Source: Octopus vulgaris
Taxonomy: Eukaryota
DNA length: 64,000 nucleotides
Assembly (NCBI GenBank): GCA_951406725.2
Contig: OX597822.1
Span: forward strand, 107,136,001 to 107,200,000
Direction of reading: 5' to 3'
Made by a program: the position numbers and the translations under genes. Shown here in pieces: positions 1 through 12,278 of the stretch. The notes beneath the pieces were generated by a model. That model did not search any database. It was not told the origin of the DNA and saw only the letters and a list, made by a program, of their open reading frames with translations. Each line of letters starts with the position of its first letter. Position 1 is the stretch's first letter.

Positions 1-132
1 AACTGATACGTAATTTATCGATCCCGAAAGGATGAAAGGCAAAATAGACATAGGCGGAATTTGAACTCAGAACGTAAAGACGGACAGAACGCTGCTAAGT
101 ATTTTGCCTGGCGTGCTAACGATTCAGCCAGC
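1..132 (-). mobile_element. tRNA-derived SINE family A, 5' part (cut by window edge)
   Basis: Reverse complement matches GCTGGCAGAAxCGTTAGCACGCC...TTCTGAGTTCAAATTCCGCC...GCCTTTCATCCTTTCGGGxTCGATAAATT seen in copies at 22230, 37830, 47708, 49056. Confidence 0.85.
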
Positions 133-492
133 AATATATTTACAAGTTTGGAACCCCAGGTAGTGTCCGCGCAGATAAAACGGTTTCTAAATGCTGTGTA
201 TAGCGGACAAAGCGGAACATCCTATCAACAATGATTCACGGAAATCGCACATACTTTCTACAATAAAAGTGCGTCTATGATACACTGTTCGTTATATAAC
301 GGGGGCAACATACTTCGTCTACTTACGTGACAATAGGGTACACGCCATGGGAAAGCCCACAAAAGGACGTAAAGCGTATGTCGACTAATATATCGCTTCG
401 CTTCTATATATATCTATTTTGACAAAAATCAAGCTGTCCTCCCGGTCACTGATGTAATACGATAAACATGTAACAATGATAGTGGCTGGTGG

Positions 493-523
<31 letters not shown>

Positions 524-564
524 ATTACATTTCTAAATATCTCGGGGTGTTATAAGCAGTAGTG

Positions 565-733
565 ATATGATAGAGAAGTTGTATACTGTCAACTTAATGT
601 GACAGTCCCATGGAGGGAATCAAGCCACTGCTATTTAACCCTAAGAAGCATCAAAGTTTCCTGTCGGTCTTGACACATTTCCTGTGTCGTTATGTTTACA
701 AGGGGGGAGACAAGCACCCCACCCAGCTGAGCA
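565..733 (-). repeat. Truncated copy of the hammerhead-bearing repeat at 31786-32000 (lacks the ribozyme)
   Basis: Colinear with 31786-31945 (gttgtatactgtcaact..aatgtgacagtccc..gaagcatc..cctgtcgg..tgacacattt..). Confidence 0.75.
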
Positions 734-783
734 TGCATCCAACTACTCACTCTCTCTATCTTTCTCTTTCACTCACTCACTCA

Positions 784-833
<50 letters not shown>

Positions 834-834
<1 letters not shown>

Positions 835-1220
835 GAGGCGCAATGGCCCAGTGGTTAGGGCAGCGGACTCGCGGTCATAGGATCGCGGTTTCGATTCCCA
901 GACCGGGCGTTGTGAGTGTTTATTCAGCGAAAACACCTAAAAGCTCCACGAGACTCCGGCAGGGGGTGGTGGTGATCCCTGCTGTACTCTTTCACCACAA
1001 CTTTCTCCCACTCTTACTTCCTGTTTCTGTTGTACCTGTATTTCAAAGGGCCGGCCTTGTCACTCTCTGTGTCACGCTGAATATCCCTGCCCGAGAACTA
1101 CGTTAAGGGTACACGTGTCCGTGGAGTGCTCAGCCACTAACACGTTAATTTCACGAGCAGGCTCTTCCGTTGATTCGGATCAACCGGAACCCTCGTCGTC
1201 GTAACCGACGGAGTGCTTCC
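834..1220 (+). mobile_element. tRNA-derived SINE family B, tail type 1, full length
   Basis: Pol III A box TGGCCCAGTGG and B box GGTTTCGATTCC; near-identical copies at 18106 and 39113; flanked by (TA)n. Confidence 0.9.
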
Positions 1221-2015
1221 TTCATATATATATATATATATATATATGTATACACACACACATAGACGCATATATGGGTGTATAAAGATACACACACACA
1301 CAAATAATGCACCTGTACACATATATACATATATGCGTGTCTGTCTGTCTGTCTGTGTGTACCCGCAGTCACACACATCAAAGTTTATTTAATGTGTTTC
1401 TGATTCTTGTTTTCTGATCGCTTGTGTGATTATACTTTCTTGTCAGCTAGTTTCTGTTTCGCATTAAAGAGAGAGAGAGAGAGGGGGGAGAGGAGAGAGA
1501 GAGAGAGAGAGAGAAATAGTAGTGAGAAAGAGAAAGAAAGAAGGAGGGAGCGAGCTAGAAAGAGAGGGAGAGATAGAACACATTAGATGCGAGACGAAGG
1601 AACCAATTAATGTGTGTTTATTGCAACGCACCAACGGCTGAAACTATAAGTTTCGTTGCCAATACTTTCATATACTCATTAGGCCAAATATTTAGCTTTA
1701 TACTGTCCATAAACAGACTAGCAGGGGAATTTACGTCAGACATAGAGAAAGAATATAAGAAGAAAATAATGTAATAAAAAGAATGAACGATTTATACTAT
1801 GTAAAAAAAAAAAAAAAAAAAGAAGGGCGATATATGCGTGGGAAAAGAAGAATTTTCTGCTAGGAGAATTATGTAAAGGTATGAAGCTATAAAAAAGTAC
1901 ATAAACAGCTGTGTCGATTGTGTTGATATAGAGTAGATATATGCAAAGCTCGCTGACAATGATGACGGAATTATACCTACAATGATTGTTCCGACGAGGC
2001 CAACAATGCCGTGCC

Positions 2016-2079
<64 letters not shown>

Positions 2080-2292
2080 GGGAGAGTTTACGAAAAAAAA
2101 AAAACCCCAAAAAACAACAAAAAAACAAAAGACGAAGACAGGTGGTGTAGAAAACAAACAGATGTATTAGTATAACGCTCAGGAATAAAGAAAGTCTTTT
2201 ACCTTTCGAACCTACGCTCTTCTACGGAAAGGGACACAGAAAAAAACGAGGAGAGAAACAGTGAAAGAAAAAAATGTGTGTACTGGCTAACA

Positions 2293-2295
<3 letters not shown>
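2080..2295 (-). mobile_element. Short PLE-terminus-like repeat, family D, with hammerhead variant at 2196-2231
   Basis: Matches copies at 28402, 31117, 37194; ends ...CGTAAACTCTCCC into a microsatellite. Confidence 0.75.
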
Positions 2296-2373
<78 letters not shown>

Positions 2374-2556
2374 CTAATTTATCTATATATTATGCACTGT
2401 CCTCTCGTAAACGGTGGATCAGGCTTCAGCAATTTCATGACGCCAAGCTTCACCGATTATTTGCTTTTAGTCCATCTAATCGACCATCGACTCGACATTT
2501 CCAGTATATGTGCATAGTGTACCTTGAAGATGTACCAGCTATAGGGATTAGTGATC

Positions 2557-2680
2557 GCAAAGTAATATGAAATGGAACGCTTTAGCTCAAGAACACGGTG
2601 CATAGCTTAGTCCGGGAATCGAAGCCACGATCTTCCGATCGTGAGGGCAGTGCCTTAACCACCGAGTTACGACCTCTCGC
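2557..2680 (-). mobile_element. Degraded tRNA/CORE-type SINE head
   Basis: Minus strand reads GGTGGTTAAGG...GGCTTCGATTCCCGG...GTGTTCTTGAGCTAAAGC, similar to heads at 45378 and 50860-50995. Confidence 0.6.
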
Positions 2681-2699
2681 TCATCTTCTGCCCCTCTCA

Positions 2700-4290
2700 A
2701 CACATTCGAAGAGATCTTGTGCAATTGAAATCCGGGTGTGTTTCTTAGTGATGTGTCCTCTCAGAGAGGGGACGGAGTGGGCTAGTTGTATGTCTAGCCC
2801 TTCTCATCTTATAGCTCTTCGGATGGATGTAGTTATCCTCTCACTAAAATGGAGTAGAGGAAGCATGTGTTGCTGGCTTTCACTGTGTTCGGTGTGTTGG
2901 TCGTCTTGGGTACTTCATCCGATTTACAATTGATCTAGGGTATCCATTGGTTTTTAATATATCTCGGAAGCGTGTAGTGTGGGTTACCTTGTCCTCCGTT
3001 CTGCTGCGCTTACCTTGGATGCGTGCAAGTTAATTTCTGGCGTATCCTATTTTGTCACCGAGCGGAAGTGCTGAATTGTACTGGACAAACATATCTCTAC
3101 TGGCTGCTTTCCTGTAGAACTCAGTGTGGATCTCTCCTTCTTCCCTTATATTCAGTTTGAAGTCAAGTAGTGATAGCGATCCAGTGATGTCGGGATGTTC
3201 TATAGTGAACTTTTTCTTCATCTCCATGTTATTGAACTTCGTGAATATTGTGTCAGCTTCTTCACGGGAGGGTGTGGGTATGAGGATGTCAACTACATAT
3301 CTGGTGAAGAAGGCGCACGGGCGGCAGATGTTGAGTGTCCGACGTTCCAGATGGTTCATATAAGTGATGGTTAGTAGGCTCGAGAGACTTGACCCGATGG
3401 GGAGACATGCTGTGTGTTTGTTTATGTGGTCTTGGAAAGAGAAGTAGGTGTTGTCCCCGATGACGGACAAAAGTTGATGCATATCAGCTGCGGTAAGTCT
3501 GAAGCATTGGATGTCGATCGCTTTTATGCAATCAGTCAATAGGTTGACCGCCGTGTGTGATGAACCGTTGAATACATTGAGACGGCAAGACTAAAGCATA
3601 TCTGTTTTGCCTGAGTTGGTCTAGGGGCAATTGGTGCAGTGTTTTGATGACTTCGTCGGAGTTCTTGACGTGTCCAGGAAAGATGGAGAGTATGTGTCTC
3701 AGGATGTGAGCAAGTAACCAGGATATTTTATATAGAGGTCATTCCACGTTGGAGACCATGGGCCTAATCTGGATCGTATCGCTATTCTTGTGTGTTTTAA
3801 TGAGGTAATCTAGTGTTCTTTGTGATGAAGTTGTTCGTGAATTTATCACGTGTTTGTCTTCGTCTACAGATGTCCGTCCTTGCAGTGTTTATTCGGTCCT
3901 CAATTCTGGTCGTAGTTATATCTGTCATTTCAGAATATCTGAATATAGCCTGTCATTGCTTAAATGTTCTAGTGCCATATATTTCACAAGAAATCACGCA
4001 GTTTTCTTTTCCTTTATCTGAGTGTAAGTATACAAGGTTTTTGTATTTTAGTTTGGTCAGTGTTTTATATTGCGCCTTGGTTCTTCGGTATGTATGTTCA
4101 GTGGCTGGCGTGATGCTGGATATTATTTCAGAGAATTTGCGTATGTGCTCCTGGAGCTGGTGGGGGTAGATAGTGTATGATTTTTCTGATGACGAACGTA
4201 TGTATGTATTTCGGTGATCGTCGAAAGGCAAGCCTACGGAAACATGAGGGTAGATGTATGATCCCGATGGTGTTGGGAATTACGATGATC
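2700..4290 (-). pseudogene. Penelope-like element reverse transcriptase, frameshifted
   Basis: Motifs YLIKTHK..IRPMVS, GDNTYFSF, LPIGSSLS, TRYVVDI (RYVDD), LSLLD, EFYRK; upstream LHSDKG; stops and frameshifts. Confidence 0.9.
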
Positions 4291-4302
4291 TTTTTAGGCA
4301 GC

Positions 4303-4716
4303 GTTGGGCTAGACATACAACTAGCCAACTCCGGCCCCTCTCTGAGATGACACCCCACGAAGAAACGAACAAGGGACAACAATAAATGTACACTAACAAA
4401 TTGTCCCATCCGTGACACAGATTTATGCCAAAGAGTAAATGTTGTGCTTAGAATACAATGTAACAAATGCAACAAGATCTATATAGGTAGCACAACAAGA
4501 CCGTTACAAATCCGCATCAAAGAAGAACTGATGACGAGAGCTTCCTCCTTCAGAAAACATCTCGACAGATGCCGGAACACCGACAAAAGCATAGTCACAA
4601 TTGAGGCTAATGAAAGAAATTAGGGTAATTTAAGAAATAAGGAAGCTATACTCATACACAGCCTAGGGCCACAAATTAACAACAGGCTGGAGGTTGGTAA
4701 TCGATATATTATTTAG
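4303..4716 (+). pseudogene. Penelope-like element GIY-YIG endonuclease, inverted relative to RT
   Basis: Frame from 4381: KCTLTNCPIRDTDLCQRVNVVLRIQCNKCNKIYIGSTTRPLQIRIKEE...KEAILIHSLGPQINNR; internal TAG at 4621; missed by the ORF track. Confidence 0.9.
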
Positions 4717-5005
4717 GTACATCTGGATGCGTATAGGTTCATTTTTGATAGTATGCTCATCTGTAGCTTATAACAAAAGATAAGAGAAGACAAAAAAGAA
4801 GGGAAAAAAGGAAGCTGCCCGTATTATACGTAACTTAGAAGCAGTGCTAAGGATGTACCAGCACACACGAGATTGAGGCCGACCTCATACACTTCTCATG
4901 AGGAATTCCGGTAGGAGCATCGTGTGACCACTGCTGAGACGCTTCCAAAAATTGAAAAAAGAAAAGCCTTTAGAAAACTGATTATAGCAGCGACTCCATC
5001 TAAGA

Positions 5006-5042
5006 ATATCTGAAGAAGGAATATTATTCCGAAATATCATAT
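5006..5042 (+). ncRNA. Minimal type I hammerhead ribozyme in the PLE 3' terminus
   Basis: atat-CUGAAGA-a-ggaat/att/attcc-GAAA-ua-UC-atat: stem I 4 bp, stem II 5 bp, palindromic stem III (AUAU). Confidence 0.85.
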
Positions 5043-5176
5043 CAGACTATGGATGACTAAATTACAACAGATATATATAACCCATTGCCTGTATTATAGT
5101 GCATTGGTGTACCATTGAAAACTTTATATTCTTTACAAATAATACACAATGCTTCAAGCGAACTGCAATACTCTCC

Positions 5177-5251
<75 letters not shown>

Positions 5252-5387
5252 ATGAGTGTATATATATATATATACGGTTAATACATACATACATACATCC
5301 ATACATACATGTATACATATATACACACACATATATGTACATACACACACACATACATACATACATACACATATATATATATCTATG

Positions 5388-5420
<33 letters not shown>

Positions 5421-6189
5421 AATCTCTATTACGTTAAACCACCTACGACTGACATTTTAGAAGTTTCCTTTGACTGCAGAACTAATTACTAGAAGCTCTT
5501 CCACAAGCATAACGGAAACCTTAAATATATTGATAAGCAACCCTGCCTGCAGCTTATTGTATTTAAAAATTTACTTCCAAGCATAGGATCACATGCTTTC
5601 TTCATCTAAAGTAATGTTCAAAATGGCTGCTCCATTTTATAATTAGGTTGTATTGGACCACGGCTTTTGCGGATAAAATCATTTAAAACTGTCCCACGTC
5701 TCCTCTGCCATCTTGTCGTAAGAATTGGTTTCGTAAATGTTCATGTTTAGCCCCCAATTTCTCTCATAACGTCAGAACAAAGGCAGGAGGAAGGTTCTTC
5801 AACGTAATTGATATTTACTTTCCCAGATCCCAAAGATAAACAACTCATGACTGAATCTGTGACCTGGATGCAGAGCTAAATCCAAAAGTCTTCTTGAGCA
5901 GAAATGTGATATATATTCTCAATTATTGATGCGGAACACAGAGTATGCTGAAAATGTTATATATTACAACGATCGTTTCGCCATAATCCGGAACAACTCA
6001 TTGGTGGGTGGAGAGCGATAAAATAGATGCCAATGCACCCCACAGTGAAGAAATGCCTCATCAGGTGACATAACAGAATTCCAAGTTACCATAAGTGATA
6101 TTTCATTCACAGGCTTAGCTCGATGATGCAGTAGTTTAAATTTCAAATCTAAACTTTAATTATGAGTCTTATATATATATACATATATG

Positions 6190-6256
<67 letters not shown>

Positions 6257-6423
6257 GGGGTGTATGTGTGTGTGTATATATGTATATATATATACATATA
6301 TATATATTTATATTGATATTCATATATTTACACGCGCGCAAACACAAATAAACACATATTATGTCTTATCAATCCAGACAAGTATAAGTGTAAGAAGAAA
6401 TGAACATATATATATATATGTAT

Positions 6424-6805
6424 GTGGCTGTGTGGTAAGTAGCTTGCTAACCAACCACATGGTTCCGGGTTCAGTCCCACTGCGTGGCATCTTGGGCAAG
6501 TGTCTTCTGCTATAGCCCCGGGGCGACCAATGCCTTGTGAGTGGATTTGGTAGACGGAAACTGAAAAAAGCCTGTCGTATATATATATATATGTGTGTGT
6601 ATGTGTCTGTGTGTCCGTGTTTGTCCCCCTAGCATTTCTTGACAACCGATGCTGGTGTGTTTACGTCCCCGTCACTTAGCGGTTCGGCAAAAGAGACCGA
6701 TAGAATAAGTACTGGGCTTACAAAGAATAAGTCTCGGGGTCGATTTGCTCGACTAAAAAGCAGTGTTCCAGCATGGCCGCAGTCAAAATGACTGAAACAA
6801 GTAAA
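6424..6805 (+). mobile_element. SINE family C (tRNA head, CORE-like segment, internal microsatellite)
   Basis: GTGGCTGTGTGGTAAG..GGTTCAGTCCC..CTTGGGCAAGTGTCTT..(TA/TG)n..CAGCATGGCCGCAGTCAAATGACTGAAACAAGTAAA; about 10 copies in the window. Confidence 0.9.
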
Positions 6806-6853
<48 letters not shown>

Positions 6854-6879
6854 AGATGGCAATACAAAAATTAATCGAA

Positions 6880-7075
6880 AGCCTTGAAATGGGCTAAGGA
6901 AAATAACATACAGAGAAGTTTCAAGCAATCCACTATCGGCGCACAAGGAGATTGCAATTAGAATACTCGTGACCAGGGATTAGTGCAGTCCTAGATTCCG
7001 AGTCGGTGCGTGCCCTAGGGATCCACATTAATAATGATGCAACATTCCATGTGCATAATATCAAGATGGCAACAT
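6880..7075 (-). pseudogene. RTE-clade LINE AP-endonuclease N-terminus remnant
   Basis: LILCTWNVASLL..RTDSESRTALI..CADSGLLETSLYVIF resembles the RTE motif TWNVRTLLD..RPERRTALIA..LADEGQL. Confidence 0.6.
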
Positions 7076-7789
7076 TGTGTGTGTGAGTAGTTGGATGGAT
7101 TCTAAGATCACTGTGAACAAGGAGAAAGGATACATTGCTGCTCATATGGAGAATTTTCATTCTCAGTCGTCTGGATTACTTAGTGGCCTTAATTCTGTCA
7201 CTGTTTCAGAAGAAAGACTCAGGGACGAAAGTAAAATCTCTAAATTGGCTAGCAAGGTATGGAATTTGAAGTCTAACGTCACACCACATAGAGTTAAGCG
7301 GACAATAGTTGAAAAGTCCATACCATATCAATAAAAATTAAGCTATGCGTTTTCAGATCTAAGAACTCTACCGCACTGCTGAATTCCAGATCTGTAATTT
7401 TCAGCGGTTGCAAACGTACAGATAAGTTCCTCTGGGTAATAAGGAAGTATTATTCTTTTCGGATTGAGCAGCTGTACCGCAGATTCTACGCCGAAATCCT
7501 CTCAGTCAAATGACATTACGGTCAAAAACGTAATTCTTGCCGAGTCTTGCCTTTTTATGCTTTCTTTTTCGTTTTCCGGTTTTTCAAATTCCCACATTTC
7601 ACATTTACTTCCTTTTCGCCTTTTCTTCTTTTTGGCTCTTGTCCTATCGTCCCCTTTTTAGTGTGTTATGCAATGAAGGTACAGAGTAAGGATAGCCTGA
7701 AAGCACCGGACCTGTATGAAAATGCTGTCTTAGCTGTTTTCATCGTATGAAACTAATATTGACACTTAACAATATATTGTTTCTGAAAT

Positions 7790-7816
7790 ATACATATATA
7801 TATATAATATAATATA

Positions 7817-7859
<43 letters not shown>

Positions 7860-7919
7860 AATATAATATAATATATATATATATATTTAATATAATATAA
7901 ATATATATATATATGTTTA

Positions 7920-7956
<37 letters not shown>

Positions 7957-8107
7957 AATATAATATAATATATATATATATATATGTTTAATATAATATA
8001 ATATATATATATATATATATATATAATAAAATATATATATATATATATATATATATAACATACTATATATATATATATAATATAATATATATATATAATA
8101 TAATATA

Positions 8108-8148
<41 letters not shown>

Positions 8149-8320
8149 ATCTTTGTGTGTGTATCTTTGTGTGTGTATGTGTGTTCTGTATGTATACATA
8201 TTTATATATATATATATACATATGTATACATATGTATACATATGTGTGTGTATGTATGTGTGTATCTATGTATGTATCTGTGTGTGTATGAGTGTAATCA
8301 CGCATAAATGTATGTATGTG
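7790..8320. repeat. Compound (TA)n/(TATAA)n/(TG)n low-complexity tract
   Basis: Directly visible. Confidence 0.9.
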
Positions 8321-8882
8321 TTTCAAAAGTCATTAATTGTCACTAATAATATTCCTAGACTGGAATTGATGGTCAAAGATTGAAGAGAATGTATATAAAA
8401 GAAACAAAAAAAAAAGAGAAAAATTAGGGTTTATTTATAGATAACGACATCCGTGGATGGCCATAGGATATTGTATATAAAACGCTGACATTTAGGAGTA
8501 TGTGAAAGTTCTCAGAGAATGGTAAATCAATAAATCATGTAATCAATATACCTTTTTGTCTACCTATCATTTCAATTGTCTGTGTATATATATGAGTGTA
8601 CCTGTATGTTAGCACTTCTGAAGATGGAAATGTATTTATATGTAAATGAATTTATGTATATATGTAAAAATGTAAGTGTATATAAGTATGTACTCCTGTG
8701 CGTGTCTTTGTCTTTAATGCACCTGTATATATTCCTACACACACACACACACAGACACTCACACGTGTGTGTGTTTGTGTGTGTGTGAGTGTTTGTGTGT
8801 AAGTAGTGTATTTTAAATATGCAAGTACATGTGTAACAAGTTTCAAAAATCTTGACTACATATAAGTATTTCTGCATGTAAA

Positions 8883-8950
<68 letters not shown>

Positions 8951-8955
8951 CATAT

Positions 8956-9001
<46 letters not shown>

Positions 9002-9007
9002 ACATAT

Positions 9008-9073
<66 letters not shown>

Positions 9074-9166
9074 ATTTATATATGTATATATATATCTATA
9101 TCTATTTATCTATCTATCTATCTATCTATCTATACACATATATATATATATATGTATGTATGTATG

Positions 9167-9208
<42 letters not shown>

Positions 9209-9209
<1 letters not shown>

Positions 9210-9432
9210 TTTATTAATAAAGCTGCAAAGACATCACTAAAACTGTGACTCAGAGTTTCACGTTCGAGTTCGTCAGTGTTGGTTGAGAATCAACCAAAGC
9301 TGTCCGACGAACGGGAATTTTAAACTCTGAGTAACAGTTTTTGTGATGTCAATGCGGCTGTATTAATAAAGCATATTACTCTGTCCTTTATTCGAGTACT
9401 ATTATTCTCCATCTTGATTCACATTCATGTGC
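9209..9432. mobile_element. Palindromic repeat family G with a hammerhead motif on each strand
   Basis: Imperfect inverted arms 9209-9276 / 9304-9371; minus CUGACGA..GAAACUCUGAGUC; plus CCGACGA..AAACUCUGAGUA; related copy at 24940-25088. Confidence 0.75.
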
Positions 9433-9465
9433 TTACTCTAGTATATATATATATATATATTTGTG

Positions 9466-9516
<51 letters not shown>

Positions 9517-9518
<2 letters not shown>

Positions 9519-9860
9519 CGGAGATGTACTTGCATAGCAAGTGATTTGATCTGTGATCGTGTGCTGGAACGAAAACAATTGCAGCGTGGAAGGTGTTTGT
9601 AAGCCATTTAAGAAACACACAAAAGCCGTTCGATTCACTTCAACATTTAAGTTTAATTTGTCAAGATATTTTCCTGGCTATAAGACCGTGACCTGTTCAC
9701 TGACAAAAATCCGTGCCGCATCACGGATTTTTGTCAGTGAAGAGGTCGCGGATTTTAGCGACGAAAATATTTTGACAAATTAAACTTAAATGTTGAAGTG
9801 AATCGAACGGCTTTTGTGTGTTTCTTAAATGGCTTACAAACACCTTCCATGCTGCAGTTA
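9517..9860. mobile_element. Palindromic repeat family F with G3:C8-type hammerheads
   Basis: Inverted arms ~9570-9715 / 9722-9858 between (TA)n tracts; second copy at 35333-35630. Confidence 0.8.
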
Positions 9861-9920
9861 TATTCATATATATATATATACGCATATATATGTATATATG
9901 CATATATATCTTTATATGTA

Positions 9921-9976
<56 letters not shown>

Positions 9977-10759
9977 TATTTATATATATATAATTAAGTT
10001 TCAGTTTCAATCAGGTACTTAAACTGAGACACCTTGTTAGGTCGATCAAATTTGCACGCTCAAACAATATCAGGTGAATATCAAACACTATGCAGAAGAG
10101 TTTGCACTTGATAGTTACCGGATATAAGTTTCCACTACTTAGTCTAGGCAGTCGTCATGATATTAATTAATTTATCACTATTGTCCAGAATACAGCTACA
10201 CCTCCCAAAAGATTTATTTTTGGACGATTGAAGAATACATTCCCCCCTATTGTCTTTGAAGTGTATGTAACAAGGTCACAACACTCAATTGTTCTTCACT
10301 CCACTATAACCTCTACTGACCTCTAAATTCTAGTATATTCGACACTACACAGATTATTTTCGAAATTCATTCTGCCAAAGATATAGCACCATAATCAATG
10401 TAAGTATTTGAGCTACGTTGGTGATGCGAATATGTTAAAGCAGTTGATTTGTCCTTTCTGTTTGAAGTCTATGATGTAATAATTTCATTAATCAATTAAA
10501 TGAGTGACTCGAAACGGGCGTAATAAACTGACACCTGTAATCTTTGTTACTCATTTATATAATTATAAATACAATTAATTAGAAAATATGTATAAGATAT
10601 AAAAGTTGTAACTATACTGAGAAGTAACGTTTATTCCCACTTCAACATGGATGTTCTGTACGAACTGACACTACTACCATTATAAACTCAGAAGGATGCC
10701 TCCTTCAGCTGGTTATTCCATGTAACCTGCAGCCGATATATATACATTCAAAATGTGAC

Positions 10760-10955
10760 CGCGTGTGTATCGTTGGCTATTTTTTTCTCCGTCCTCCCTT
10801 CCTTGGATCTTTCCCTTTCCAATGTTTCTGACGAAGAGTACCGCTCGAAACGTTAAATCCTCATTCTTTGTTTCCTTTCCTGAGCGTCCAATAACACTAT
10901 ACTTTTCCACGTCCTCGCGTTGTTGTGTTTTCTCTTTGTTTTCATGTTTGGATTA

Positions 10956-10958
<3 letters not shown>
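10760..10958 (+). mobile_element. Short PLE-terminus-like repeat, family E, with hammerhead at 10824-10858
   Basis: gttt-CUGACGA-a-gagu/acc/gcuc-GAAAC-GUU-aaat; 3' end abuts (TA)n; tail also at 35228-35275. Confidence 0.75.
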
Positions 10959-10995
<37 letters not shown>

Positions 10996-11183
10996 ATTAT
11001 AAATATATATTAATAATTTCAATTTTAAATTTAAATAATTTAAATTTTTAAATTTTATATTCTATATATTTTGTATATTATATTAATTATTTTTATTTTT
11101 ATGTTTTGCTTTATGTCTTTCATTGTTTGATTTGCCTAATAGTGGTTTTATCTCTAATTTAATATTATCTCTAATTTATATAT

Positions 11184-11580
11184 AGGCGCAGGAGTGGCTG
11201 TGTAGTAAGTAGCTTGCTAACCAACCACATGGTTCCGGGTTCAGTCCCATTGCATGGCATCTTGGGCAAGTGTCTTCTGCTATAGCCCCCGGCCGACCAA
11301 TGCCTTGTGAGTGGATTTGGTAGACGGAAACTGAAAGAAGCCTGTCGTATATATGTATATATATGTATGGGTGTGTGTATATGTTTGTGTTCGTCCCCCT
11401 AGCATTGCTTGACAACCAATGCTGGTGTGTTTACGTCCCCGTCACTTAGCGGTTCGGCAAAAAAGAGACCGATAGAATAAGTACTGGGCTTACAAAGAAT
11501 AAGTCCCGGGGTCGATTTGCTCGACTAAACGCGGTGCTCCAGCATGGCCGCAGTCAAATGACTGAAACAAGTAAAAGAGT
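11184..11580 (+). mobile_element. SINE family C, full length
   Basis: Matches family C along its length. Confidence 0.9.
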
Positions 11581-11635
11581 ATATATATATATTGCAAGCA
11601 GGAGAGCGAACCCCTACCATCTTCTAGTGACAGGA

Positions 11636-11682
11636 CCGCCAGATCGTACGCTTTCGAGCTCTGTGCTCGTCCTCAGTGGTGG
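11636..11682 (-). ncRNA. Type I hammerhead ribozyme motif
   Basis: ccacca-CUGAGGA-c-gagc/acaga/gcuc-GAAA-g-cguacg-a-UC-uggcgg: stem I 5 of 6 bp, stem II 4 bp, palindromic CGUACG. Confidence 0.7.
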
Positions 11683-11772
11683 ATACTGCTCCGCTAGACA
11701 TAGCAGTAGCTCACACCAACTCTAGAATATATGCATGTGAGTACGTATGTGTGTGTATCTCTTTTGTGTGCG

Positions 11773-11832
<60 letters not shown>

Positions 11833-12242
11833 CACACAAACTTATACTTTATATGTATTTACACAGACCAAGTGATAAGAAAATTGTTTAAACGCCATGG
11901 CGGATCGTCAGCATTGACGAAATGTCCGCTTTTAACAGAAAAACACCTAAATGTAGACGCAGGAAGATTTAAATTACATTATTGTCAGGACTGTAGATTA
12001 TGAGAATCGGAAGTCTTACATTTCTCTGTCTGATAATGCCAAAGTTATATAATGAGAATCATAGTCGAAGCCATTAAAACTCGCAGAACACAAGAAAGTG
12101 TATATCGATAAAAATATATAAATCATCTTGTATGATGAATATCAAATTTATTAAAGGACGTTCACAGAATAAAGCTATTCGTTTTTACTTGGATATACAT
12201 ATGATGGGAATACACACACATACACACACACTCACAAAAACA

Positions 12243-12278
<36 letters not shown>

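Noticed and set aside
834-905. tRNA-like sequences at SINE heads
   Set aside because: A/B boxes are present but they lack a clean cloverleaf and continue into SINE bodies; not tRNA genes
5440-6150. Complex-sequence block considered as a host exon
   Set aside because: Frames tried contain stops and no recognisable motif
11545-11580. SINE C tail hairpin + GAAACAAGTA resembling the 3' half of a hammerhead
   Set aside because: No CUGANGA-type core or stem I upstream; better explained as a LINE-derived tail
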